Shown in pieces: positions 1 through 11,447 of a stretch of DNA of 64,000 nt. Position 1 is the stretch's first letter; each line of letters opens with the position of its first letter. Location: assembly GCA_951406725.2 (NCBI GenBank), contig OX597821.1:61442001-61506000 (forward strand). Reading direction: 5' to 3'. Source of the stretch: Octopus vulgaris. Its lineage: Eukaryota. A model generated the notes under the pieces. The model saw only the letters and a program-made list of their open reading frames with translations. It ran no database searches and was not told where the DNA came from. Both the position numbers and the translations under genes were made by a program.

Positions 1-1168
1 TGAAAAACTCCGAGGACTGGATGTTAAAACTTGTCTCAAAACATGAAATCAAGAAAGCATCATACTCAGTCACAAAAACAGGCAAAGTGAATTCCGAATA
101 CAAACAATTTCGGAATTAGAAATAGATATACAAGAAACAAGCACAGAAAAAGCTAGGCGCATGAAAACCCGTGCCAAAACTGCGGCCTTAGATATTCTGA
201 ATAATAAATGGCAAGAAAAACCTCTCTATGGCAAATGCCCAAAGAGAGCGAATAATGCAGATATCGACAAAGCCCTGACCCATCAATGGCTAATGGCCTC
301 TGGCTTAAAATCTGAAACAGAGGGGTTTATCATAGCAGCTCAAGATCAATGCCTACCAACAAGAAACTACCGGGCCAACATATTAAAGAACGGCAGTAGC
401 CCAACATGTCGTGTATGCCTACAACAAAATGAAACCATTGACCATGTTGTCTCCAAATGCAGTCTTCTAGCGCCTACAGAGTACCTCAGTAGGCATGATA
501 GAGCTGCACAATATATTCACTGGGTAATTTGCAAAAAACTGGATTTGCCCCATGAAAAAAACTGGTGGGAACACAATCCACCTCCTGTGCTTGAAAATGA
601 CCACATCTCACTCCTCTGGAACTTCACCATTCAAACTGACAGGAAGATAGATGCAGATAGGCCAGACATTATATTGAAAGACTTCAGACGAAGAACATGC
701 CTCCTCATTGATATGACTGTCCCAATCGATATAAACGTATCTGTCAAGACCTACCAAAAACTGAGCAAATATAAAGATCTTGAAATAGAAATCAGCAAAA
801 TGTGGAAGCTGAAGACTAAAACAATACCTGTTGTCATAGGTGCCCTGGGAATGATAGCGAAAGGGACTGATTGCTACCTAACTCAGATACCAGGAAACCC
901 CAAAATGGCATAAATTCAAAAGATAGTGCTCATGGGAACTGCTCATATCCTACGCAAAATACTCTCTATGTAATCCCAAGGTTTAAAACAAACTTTTTTT
1001 TTATTTGTTTATTTTTTTTTTTTTATGTATTAGACATTCACTAGTACAACACCAAAAGAAAGAAAAAAAAACCCAAATATATGGCACAGAACTTCCAACC
1101 TGTTGTCTCTTGAGGTCTCTGGGTGAGACTTGGAGCCAACTTGTACAGACATAAAGCAAAAGTCAAAC

Positions 1169-1230
<62 letters not shown>
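1..1230 (+). mobile_element. 3' part of an RLE-encoding non-LTR retrotransposon (R4/Dong-like), with 3'UTR and (TAA)n tail
   Basis: ORF 161..913 has LKSETEGFIIAAQDQ, a CCHC knuckle (CRVC...ETIDHVVSKC), RHD, and the RLE motif RPDII...LIDMTVP...KLSKY. It is followed by ~200 bp of 3'UTR and (TAA)n at ~1172-1230. Dong/R4-clade elements are known to target TAA repeats. Confidence 0.9.
161..973 (+). pseudogene. RLE domain / C-terminus of R4/Dong-like ORF with premature stop
   Basis: In-frame TAA at 911-913. The frame continues as IQKIVLMGTAHILRKILSM* to 973, the typical C-terminus of these ORFs. Confidence 0.85.
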
Positions 1231-1296
1231 GCAACAACAACAAACAACAACAATAATAATAATAATAGTTATACAGCTATTATATATAATTGATTT

Positions 1297-1505
1297 AAGG
1301 GGGCAAGCCGGTAAAATCATTAGTACGCCGGATAAACTGATTAGCAGCATTTCGTCTGTCCTTGTGTTCTGAGTTCAAATTCCGCTGAAGCAAACACTGC
1401 CTTTTCTCCTTTCGGGGTCGATAAAGTAAGTACCAAGGGAGCACTGAAGTCGGTATAATCGTCTTATTCTCTCTCACGAAAATGCTGGGCTTGTATCAAA
1501 TTTTA
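1297..1505 (+). mobile_element. tRNA-derived SINE family A, degenerate copy
   Basis: Aligns by eye to 1947-2180 (GTTCTGAGTTCAAATTCCGC B-box; CCTTTCGGGGTCGATAAA..AAGTACCA central domain). Confidence 0.75.
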
Positions 1506-1946
1506 CAAGAAGTGTATATTTTAGTTTTCTTATGAGTTGCATATTAGACTCGGCTTTTTGTAGAGTAGTATAGACATGAACGACTTCAATGCATTTAAAT
1601 GCTGCTTTACTTTCTGGGAAACTGATTAAACATGACGACTGCCTACACAATGCCTTGTGGATGAGAATACTTTTAAAGAATTGATGAGTATATCGTCCAG
1701 CTTTTACATCAAAACAATACTAATGCAATGGAAACACAGATAGGTGAAGTCGAATTAGTCTAATCGTTAAGCTTACTGCACACGCACATACACATACACA
1801 TAAACTATTAAACACCAAGCCATGTACACGCAAATACGCGCATAAATAGCTTAAAATTCACAAATCTCTGCATTGTATGAAACATCACGTCATATTATAG
1901 TGAAACATCTCAGATCTACCGACAGTGACAATATTTTAGAATATTC

Positions 1947-2309
1947 AAGGCGGTGAGCTGGCAGAAACGTTAGCACGCCGGGCGAAATGCGTAGCCGTAT
2001 TTCGTCTGCCGTTACGTTTTGAGTTCAAATTCCGCCGAGGTCAACTTTGCCTTTCATGTTTTCGGGGTTGATAAATTAAGTACCAGTTACGCACTGGGGT
2101 CGATGTAATCGACTTAATCCGTTTGTCTATCCTTGTTTGTCTCCTCTGTGTTTAGCCCCTTGAGGGTAGTAAAGAAATAGGTATTTCGTCTGTGTTTTCG
2201 TTATGAGTTCAAATTCGGCCAAGTTGCGTACCGGTTGCGTACCGGAATCGATCTAATCGACTGGTCCCCTCACTAAAAAATTCCGGGCGTTGTGCCTAGA
2301 GTAGAAAAG
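1947..2309 (+). mobile_element. SINE family A, dimeric copy with target-site duplication
   Basis: AAGGCGGTGAGCTGGCAGAA head, GAGTTCAAATTCC B-box, central GGGGTTGATAAATTAAGTACCAG, and a second partial unit from 2181. Flanked by a 17-bp TSD AATA(T/C)TTTAGAATATTC at 1930-1946 and 2310-2326. Confidence 0.9.
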
Positions 2310-2691
2310 AATACTTTAGAATATTCTCCGAGAAAGTGTGACGTTAATATCGGACTGATGGTTTTCAGTTATTTTCAGTTTGAAATTTTCATTTTTATCC
2401 ATTTGTTGTTACTCTATACAGAAAAGAGGGTCTAGAGGGTTAGAGTAATAAAAGAAAAGAATATTCAAGCCTTGTATCTTTGACTTTTGCAACCTATATA
2501 TATCGACTTTCCACCCTCTTGAGATACAAGAATGATACGTTAGTGAGCAAATACTGGGTTCCTTGCATGATATTAACTGCGGATCATAATCAATAAAACT
2601 CTTCTCCTGAAAAGAAGGGCTAATCTTCGAGATACAGTTTTGGACACGCTCTCGGTATTTTAAAAGCCTACCCTTGGTATGAAATTTTGCC

Positions 2692-3027
2692 ACTGCGTGG
2701 TACCTTCGGAAAGTGACTTCCGATATATTCTCGGGCCGACCAAAACATTGTGAGTGGATTTTGTAGAGGGAAACTGAAAGATGCCCGTCGTATATACATA
2801 TATCTATGAATTTGTGCCTTTGTGTCTGTGTTTGTCCCCAATCAATTCTTCACAAACGGTGTTCGTCTGTTTGCGTCCCCTAACCTAGCTATTTAGCAAA
2901 GAGACCGATATAGTAAGTAACAGGGTTTACAAAATAAGTTCTGGGGTCGATTCGGTCAACTAAAGCTCTTGAAGGTGGTGCTCCAACATGGCCGCACTCA
3001 AATGACTGAAACAAATAAAAGATAAAT
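2692..3027 (+). mobile_element. tRNA-derived SINE family B (Octopus-type), 5'-truncated
   Basis: CACTGCGTGG..GGGCCGACCAAA..GTGAGTGGATT..GCCCGTCG..GGTGCTCCAACATGGCCGCA..AAATGACTGAAAC; matches the copies at 6915-7385 and 28426-28820. Confidence 0.85.
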
Positions 3028-4123
3028 ATCTTACGTCTCGGTGTAATTCTCCTTCCAACTATTGTTATCGAGGAAATTTGATAGGATCATGAATTACCTT
3101 CATAGGAGTGTATGGTTAAAAATAATAGGAATCAGGTCGTTTGTTAGCAGAGCAGAAATACTTCACTGCTTATCGATAAGACACTCAGCTGTATATTAAT
3201 AGTTTTATATGGATGCGCATAAACAGAAACCCCAATGTTTTGCCAATGTGTACAAGACGCAGCAAGACAGTAAGGTGTTGAATATTGATAGTAAGAAGTG
3301 TGTCTGCTGTCAGCCATTTACTTTGGCGAACAGGCTGTAAAATATTTTATACTCAGTTGTCATAATTCGCATTCTTGTAGCTTTACAGAAGATGAAATAA
3401 TCGTTGAAATAGATATTAAAACTAATAGATATTAAAACTCAAGAATAATCGAATTGCTATATTTATTTTTTACTGTATGCTAACGTTTTCCTGCTTTTTG
3501 TTTCCACCATCTGAGTTAAATTTTCTTTCATTATAAGTCTGAAACTGCAAATCAGGAGATTTAATGAGATTTAATAAGAGAATTAATGAGTATTAATGGT
3601 TACGAATGAAACAATGGAAATATATAATTAACATTATCTTGTAGAAAAAAAAAACTCCACTATTCACTTCCCCACCATATTCCAAACGATATTTAATGTA
3701 ATGAAATATCATTCGACATTCATGCAGACACGATCTTTAACTTGAACCATCGTAAGTTGTTAACGTTGGTTAGACCCAGGCCAAACTTAATCGAGTCCTG
3801 TTGCATTGAATTACAAAATGTTTGAAAATTCTGTTATCATGCTGGCGGAACTTGGTGTAAAAATTTGATGTTAGTTCTAGGAGCTTGAGTTGTCGTTCTT
3901 GTGACACGAGTCGTGATGTGGCATTAAAGAAGATAATTACTGGGGACCATAGTTATATTGCGAATTTGAAGTAGATAGCAATAACGCCTTTACTATAAAT
4001 GGGACAAGGTAGCAGGTTTTCATTCTCATTGTATTTTTCCTTTACTAGTAAATTCAATATGATTAATCAATACGATTAAATATTTAAAATTAGCGCAGGA
4101 AGATTTAATATTTCTATCACGAT

Positions 4124-4325
4124 GAAGGGGGCGAGCCGGCAGAATCGTTAACATTCTGGACAAATTGCTTAGCGTCATTTCGTTCGGAGTTCAAATTCCA
4201 CTACTTTGCATTTCATCCTTCGGAGTTGATATAAGATAAGTAGCAATTTAGCACTAGGGGCCATGTATCCGATTAACTCCCCCACCACCACATTTTGCTG
4301 GCGTCGTGGCAAGATTTGAAATCAC
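4124..4325 (+). mobile_element. SINE family A, degenerate copy
   Basis: GGCGAGCCGGCAGAATCGTTA head, GAGTTCAAATTCC, CATCCTTCGGAGTTGATA. Confidence 0.75.
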
Positions 4326-5427
4326 TATTTCTAGGACGCTTACACCCTCATTTGTATAAAATGAACTAAATCTTGACTTCTGGTTGAAAAACTCTGAAAC
4401 TTCAGTCACTTAAAATAACTAAGACGCAATAAAGACAGTAAATGAAAAAAAAAAAGATACAAATAATTTTTATTTCAACATAGAGAAACATAACTCTGCA
4501 AAATTAAGTGAGTTTACAGATGTTCTGTATTCATTAAGACATCGCTGTATTAAAAGAAACTTCAATATATTCTTTTTTTAGAAAGTTAAGTTTATTTTAC
4601 GTGTTGCAGTGTACATAGTGTTGCTTTATAAATAAGAATATCTACGTCTAAATTTATTTTGTATCATAAATAAATATTCTTTTAATTTTTTATTATTTTG
4701 TGTAGAAATATATGTCATTTTGTAAGAATACCGTATACATATTGCAAGCAAATAAATTTGCTCAGCACGTAAAAATGATTCATGTATTCATTATAAACTC
4801 TGCAAGAATATAGAGTGTTAAAATAACTTATCCTATTCATGGGTAAAATATGAATATTAATGAATTCGTCTAATGTTGTTTACATTAGACACATGTTTCC
4901 AAAATTAGGTGTTGATACTAACTGACAAATACACGGTAATATATTAGGTCTTCCGAAATATTTCTTTTAATTCTAAATTATGTATGATCACGAAATTGTA
5001 AGGCAGCATGTTCTCACATAAAAATTATAAAAAGAAAATAAATGTTCGTCTCTGATTTTTTTTATATACTTCAATTCAAAACCTTATATTTATAAGTATT
5101 GAGAGAAATATATACTTTAAAATGGAATTTAGGAGAAAAAGCTAACAAAATAAACACGACATACATTGCAAACGAATTGATTAAAATTAATGCGGAAATG
5201 CATTGTGAGTCCCTTGGTATTACTGCTTTGAATTAAATCTTACGTGCCACTATTTATGCTAACATAATCCAGACTCATTTCGCTTGGTTTTAACTTTGAT
5301 ATGAAAATGAAACTTTTTATCTATTCCACTGATGCTCGTTGAATCTATAACATAGCTGTCACACATAACAAATCATCGAAATAAATTTACACACGCACAT
5401 ATATATGTATATGCATATATAATATAC

Positions 5428-5459
<32 letters not shown>

Positions 5460-5710
5460 CAATTTAGAGATAGTATACCCCTACCTCTCACCTAATGAAA
5501 AGAATTTTTATTTTTATTTTACATACCTACTGTTTTATTACTTAGTAACACGGGTTTCATGAACTACATTCTCGGGTTCCTAAACCACTCCGTGTTTCAG
5601 TGGAACCCCTCTCAAGATGCAACCCCATTCATCAGGCACTTATACATCTTTATCAACGTTCAACACAATAACTTTTTAAAACCCTTAAGTATGTGTAAAA
5701 TAGGTATGTT
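5460..5710 (-). mobile_element. Penelope-like pLTR fragment between (TA)n tracts, hammerhead-bearing
   Basis: Unique 250-bp block bounded by (TA)n on both sides, containing a hammerhead core on the minus strand. Confidence 0.6.
5541..5641 (-). ncRNA. Degenerate minimal type-I hammerhead ribozyme with long stem II
   Basis: Minus strand: CTGATGA (5635-5629), then a ~70-nt hairpin (ATGGG/TTCAT, TTGCAT/ATGTAG, CTTG/CGAG, GGGTTCC/GGAACCC), GAAA (5558-5555), CCCGTG-T. Stem III is one mismatch from the palindrome ACACGTGT; stem I is only partly retained. Confidence 0.65.
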
Positions 5711-5770
<60 letters not shown>

Positions 5771-5782
5771 GTCTGTCTCTCC

Positions 5783-5881
<99 letters not shown>

Positions 5882-5915
5882 CCGTAATTTTTTTTTCTAT
5901 TATATATATATATAT
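5711..5915. repeat. Compound (TA)n/(CA)n microsatellite
   Basis: Direct inspection. Confidence 0.95.
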
Positions 5916-6272
5916 ATACTCTTTACTCTTCTACTTGTTTCAGTCATTTGACTGCGGCCATGCTGGAGCACCGCCTTTAGTCGAGCAAATCGCCCCCGGG
6001 ACTTATTCTTTGTAAGCCCAGTACTTATTATATCGGTCTCTTTTGCCGAACCGCTAAGTGACGGGGACGTAAACACACCAGCATCGGTTGTCAAGCAATG
6101 CTAGGGGGACAAACACAGACACACAACGCCCCCCCCCACATATATACATATATACGACAGGCTTCTTTCAGTTCCCGTCTACCAAATCCACTCAGAAGGC
6201 ATTGGTTGGCCCGGGGCTATAGCAGAAGACACTTGCCCAAGATGCCACGCAGTTGGACTGAACCCGGAACCA
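5916..6272 (-). mobile_element. SINE family B
   Basis: Reverse-complement match to family B (TTTCAGTCATTTGACTGCGGCCATGCTGGAGCACCGCC...TGAACCCGGAACC). Confidence 0.9.
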
Positions 6273-6274
6273 CA

Positions 6275-6276
<2 letters not shown>

Positions 6277-6311
<35 letters not shown>

Positions 6312-6338
6312 ATATATCTATCTATCTATATATATAAA

Positions 6339-6401
<63 letters not shown>

Positions 6402-6465
6402 TTATCTATCTATTCGTGTGTGTGTATGTCTGTGTGTGTGTGTGTGTGTGTGAGTGTGTGTGTAC
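6277..6465. repeat. (TA)n/(TATC)n/(TG)n compound microsatellite
   Basis: Direct inspection. Confidence 0.95.
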
Positions 6466-6914
6466 AATCTAGCCTCAATCTTAGATAACTCCAAACGAAT
6501 ATATTTTGCGAATATTTAAAATATGAATTTTCTAAGTAACTGAAAACTATATGCGTTTAGGTTTCCAGGGACACGAACCCTATATTTGAAATGGAATTTT
6601 GGGTAATGTTTCTATTTTATATGGTGTAGAGAAGCAATCTCCAGAAGTAATCCCCAGAAGTCTATTATACTGAGTAGTTGCTAGATCGGTGCTACCATTT
6701 GAAAGCACTATCCCTGTGTCAAATGTTACTCTTTTGCTAAATATCGCTATTCTTTCTCAGGGAGATTAAATTAATTTTCTGTGAAAGACGGCCAATCTTG
6801 AAGAATAGTAGAATGTCCGGCGATGAAGGCAGATAGCTTAGAAGTAATAGTATGCTGCGTATCTCATCTATTGAAGACGCCCCAACCCTGAAGGTATTTG
6901 AATTATTCTACCGT

Positions 6915-7125
6915 ATTACTCTTTTACTCTTTTACTTGTTTCAATCATTCGACTGCGGCCATGCAGGAGCACCTCCTTTAGTCGAGCAAATCGACCCCGG
7001 GACTTATTCTTTGTAAGCGTATTACTTATTCTATCAGTTTCTTTTGCCGAACCGCTAGGTTACGGGGACGTAAACACAGCAGCATCGGTTGTCAAGCGAT
7101 GTTGGGGGGACAAACAGACACACAA

Positions 7126-7156
<31 letters not shown>

Positions 7157-7385
7157 CACGCACACACACACACATACACACACACACACACACACATATA
7201 TATATGTATATATACATACATATACACGACGGGCTTCTTTCAGTTTCCGTCTACCAAATCCACTCACAAAGCTTTGGTCGGCCCGTGGCTATAGTAGAAG
7301 ACACTCGCCCAAGGTGCCACGCAGTGGGATTGAACCCGGAACCATGTGGTTAGTAAGCAAGCTACTTACCACACAGCCACTCCTA
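6915..7385 (-). mobile_element. SINE family B, near full length with internal (CA)n expansion
   Basis: tRNA-like head (GGAGTGGCTGTGTGGTAAG...GGTTCCGGGTTCAATCCC on minus) through the (GTAAAAGA) tail. Confidence 0.92.
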
Positions 7386-7728
7386 AGGCTATGTTTACTA
7401 CTTTTACCTGTGTTTAGCCTACAAGCTGAAGTAACTGCAATTATTTTAAATTTATTTTCAATTTGACTCTAAGATGAGTGATAAGCGAAGGGAGATCATT
7501 CTTTTACCATTTGGATGCTGGTAATTCTATACCTTCGTAATATGAAATAGCAAATGCAGTTTTTCAAGTCTTAGACAAAAAAATTAAATAAAAAGATTAA
7601 ATAAACAAAAAGACGGAATCGCGAACATACTCTTAAGGAAACAAATATATATATATATATATTGAGGAAACAGATATATATATATATATATTAAGGAAAC
7701 AGATATATATATATATATATAAATATGT

Positions 7729-7782
<54 letters not shown>

Positions 7783-7804
7783 ATATATATGTATATATAT
7801 ATAT

Positions 7805-8004
7805 GTCCGTGTTCGTAGGATGATTAGTGTGCAGTCCGTAGTATCCATGGACATCGGGTAGATTAGTTTGAGGAATTTTACAGACTGCAGTTTAATCATC
7901 TTAGGAATAGGGACTATGATCTTCAGAATTATGTGATTTGTGGAAATGCGCGGTAGCAATGTATTATAAATATTTATAAATTCCATACAAGAATTATTAT
8001 TACT

Positions 8005-8008
<4 letters not shown>
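7805..8008 (-). mobile_element. Probable Penelope-like pLTR fragment with degenerate hammerhead
   Basis: Lies between (TA)n tracts. Minus strand reads CTGAAGA-TCAT..ATGA-TTAAA-CTGCAG-TC: palindromic stem III ACTGCAGT plus a GUC triplet, with GAAA mutated and stem I not evident. Confidence 0.4.
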
Positions 8009-8040
<32 letters not shown>

Positions 8041-8043
<3 letters not shown>

Positions 8044-8269
8044 TACTAATATAGGATGAAGCTTTTTTACAGGAAAAAAATCATCAAAAAAGTGGCAGCA
8101 TATTAAAATACCTTTAAAGGTTAAAATTATAAACAACTTATAAACAAGGGCAAAAGAAAATTATTTCTATGTCAATATGCTGATAACAGACTTTTAAATT
8201 GACGATTTAAAAGTCTGTTATCAGCATATTGACATAGAAATAATTTTCTTTTGCCCTTGTTTATAAGTT
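8041..8269. mobile_element. Asymmetric fold-back element in (TA)n; same family as 21034-21360
   Basis: Perfect 65-bp inverted arms at 8135-8199 and 8205-8269 with loop TGACG. 8041-8199 is the reverse complement of ~21203-21361. Confidence 0.85.
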
Positions 8270-8285
8270 TATATATATATACATA

Positions 8286-8326
<41 letters not shown>

Positions 8327-8389
8327 ATGTGCGTGTGTGTATGAGTGTGTACATGCATATATATGTGCAGGACGTAAAAATGTTTCTCC

Positions 8390-8700
8390 CAGCGTTCACT
8401 ATTTCCCTCTCGTTCTGGCCTGACGACCCTCCTTGTTTCCCTTCGCTCGGTTTCCCTGTATGTCTTCACTGTCATGTTTTTGTTCTCAACTTCTCTCTTG
8501 ATGCTACATTTGATTCCTCTTATGCCCAACTTTGCATTGATGTACATGTGCACTGATGTTGCACATCCGACGAAGCATACTATTCTCCTTTCTCTCCAGT
8601 CTTCACATGTCTTCTGCATTCAGAGTCCATGTCTCCCTACCATGGAGTATAGCCGTTTGTACACAAGCAGCACTTCCATTACTCTCTTAGTTAAATGTGT
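8390..8700 (-). mobile_element. RTE-clade non-LTR retrotransposon remnant
   Basis: Minus translation ACVQTAILHGRETWTLNAEDM*RLERKENSMLRRMCNIS...KLGIRGIKCSI resembles the RTE post-RT (YG.ETW) region. Confidence 0.75.
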
Positions 8701-9759
8701 AACCATTTATCAATCGATGTTTTTAATTCATTTGCAGTGTATCAATCAATCAGTTAAGCTTTGCCGGAGTTGTTTCTGCTTGATGTGTCACTTCATCAAT
8801 GAACTGCCCGTCCTACACTAGGTCTGCTCCAGGCCCATGTCATATGTAAAAAGTGTGTGAAAGTGTAGTGTAATGTATTTTATTTGGTGGTTGCATTATT
8901 TTGCATTGTTTATGTATGTGCTTAAAGTGATAATATTTTTTGACAAATGAGAACACGATACATTTAGACAGTTAAGCATGAGGTTCTGAGTCGTATATAC
9001 AGCGTATCTATTGCTTGTTCTCTTATTTTATTGCTTCCGTTCAAACATAGTTGTTATTGTCAGTGACTTCTTCACGCACTTCATTATTTATTCTCTTCGT
9101 ATTTCTCTGTATTATTCATTTACTTTTCCTCTTCAATTCACGATATTTTTGTCCTCCAGCACATTTCGATATCTTACAGGAATATTTCCCTATTTCTGTT
9201 TTTATCGGTGTGTCCTTGTAATTCATTCTCTCGCTACATGAGTCATTTTATCATATTGCCTCTCAAGATACAAATATTTCAATTGTATTTGCGTTTCTTC
9301 TTTTCGCGTCTCGTATCAAACTGTCCTTTGTTTTACATAACTTAAGGGCGAATACTACAGTAACTGGCCTGTCAAAAGTGTATATATAAATGAAGTATGA
9401 TACTTACATGGATAGTTCAATTTAATAGTGCCCCAATTGCATTTACCAGAATTTTAGTTTTTCGCAAAATCAGTGAATATTTCATTTACTGTTTGCTATA
9501 CTATTAGTTTCATGTGCTGAAAGCATGCCAGAAAATATTTTTTGGGAAGTCTGGTACCCTAGCACAATCGTCAGACATTTCACTGCCCACAAGGCATAAC
9601 GAACTAAAAATGTGGGTAGATCAACAGACATATGTTAGAACGGCAGACATGTTAAAAATAGTGTCTGGCATGCTCTCAGCACATAAAATTAGTAGTAGCA
9701 CATTAAAGCATATATTGTATTTATGAACACACACACACGCACACCGACACATAATATAG

Positions 9760-11231
9760 GAACAAGACAGCAAAAAGTAAGACTGGACGAGTATCTCGAG
9801 CCATTTATAATAATTTAATTAGGGTAAGGTGAATTTGAAGTCTAACAGCTGTTTCTGGGATGCCCCAAGTGATAATACCTAGATACCCTGGGTATTCCGA
9901 TATCATACACACGGTGAATATGTATGAATGTTCTAGTCAGGGAAATTCACAGTTTATAAGGAAGTAGAAGAATAAATAGTAAAAGTAGATAGAATTCAGA
10001 CGGGAGAATAAATTTCACAATTCATCTTTTTCCATAGGGTAAAATCCCACCTAAATCCAGGCAGTATTTTGGCAGTATTTTTCAATGATGCGTTCATGCT
10101 GAAGTTGTTAGCTAGTATGTAAATGTTCTGCATGGGTATACAGAGTGAGAAAGACAGACATCAAGAAGACAAAAGCGGGTTGTGAGTGAGTGAATACAAG
10201 AGAGAGGAGGAGGAGAATAAAAGGAGAAAGAGAGAAAAGTCTGGAATGGAATAGGTGCGGCAAAGAATAAAAAAATTAAAATAAAAAGAATAAAAATAGA
10301 GATAAGATGCCAATATTATTCTTCGTAAGTATCGGTCCGGGATGAGAGGTCACGCGTTAAGGTTTTGGTAAAGTCGTGGAGGAAGATATTTATGTCTACT
10401 AAATAGATGCAATTTAGATTAGGTGAAGTCAGTGGTCACTTGGGATAGCTAAAATTGATGCCTAGCTTAAGGGAGTATATATAGGATAAAACTACAATTA
10501 TATTGATAAAGGAAACAAATTAAAGAATTAAAATTTAAAAGTGAAAAGTAAAAAGTTAAATGAAACATTGGAAAAATTAAAAAATAAAAATTTAAGAATT
10601 AAAGCTAGCTGGCTTCTAAGGTACTTATGGTGATATAGAAGAAAAGGATAGGAAAAGCCTACGTATATTATAACGACAGTGAATGCATTTAGGCAAGTGT
10701 TATGTGCGTTGATTTTGCTTACATTTGGATCTATAGAAGTATCCAGAGGTGCGATAGAATTTATGCTTACTTGTAGAGAATGCTTCGGTTGTTTATTGAG
10801 TAATTGCAGTGAATTATGAATTAATATTTGGAGGGCTTCTATCAAGCAGATTCCACATGTGAAAAGCTGGCCTTGGTATGGAACACCAGAATCTATTATG
10901 ACCCAGGATATCCTATATGGTACTTTCCTATTTATTAGCTGGTGAATGTGGTTGGCTACGAACGTGGATTTTCTATGCTCTTCATATTTTAATGAGTTTA
11001 GATGGGCAGAATATCTGTTTAAAATTAATAATAGACCGGATGTAGTAGCTGGTAGAATTATGTAATATGTTGCGGCCAATGCATTTTACATTAAAGCTTC
11101 TGCAGTGAGCGTGTAGCGGGAATTCGGTCGCGGACCAGTAGTTGTAACTATCTGTTTTACATGGGCTAGTTGTGGAGAGATAAGATACTGTACTATTTAT
11201 GGACAAGCTAAAGTAATATTATCACTGCAGT
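9760..11231 (-). mobile_element. 5'-truncated Penelope-like element (GIY-YIG endonuclease plus 3' region), no RT retained
   Basis: GIY-YIG remnant at 10800-11200, and a hammerhead-like GAAA-CAGCTG-T with long stem II at ~9840-9910 downstream on the same strand. Boundaries are approximate. Confidence 0.7.
10800..11200 (-). pseudogene. Decayed Penelope-type GIY-YIG endonuclease
   Basis: Two frames join: YNYWS..FPLHAHCRSFNVKC...YYIRSIINFKQ and RYSAHLNSLKY..KSTFVANHIHQL...YRISWVII..GVPY...CGICLIEALQI. This matches the PLE pattern CNCR..CPL.G.C...VIY...YIG...FK.RY..H..S...ST.LS.HI..L...I.W.I.....Y...C.LC..E..I. Confidence 0.8.
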
Positions 11232-11315
<84 letters not shown>

Positions 11316-11345
11316 TATAATAACAACAACAACAACAACAACAAC

Positions 11346-11417
<72 letters not shown>

Positions 11418-11447
11418 TATTATTATTATTATTATTATCATCATCAT
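11232..11447. repeat. (TAA)n/(CAA)n tract switching to (TTA)n/(TCA)n
   Basis: Direct inspection; strand switch at ~11416. Confidence 0.95.

Noticed and set aside
7633-7720. Three AGGAAACA(A/G)ATATATA units; also 13-bp repeats at ~31866-31910
   Set aside because: Local slippage duplications with no unique spacers; not CRISPR-like.
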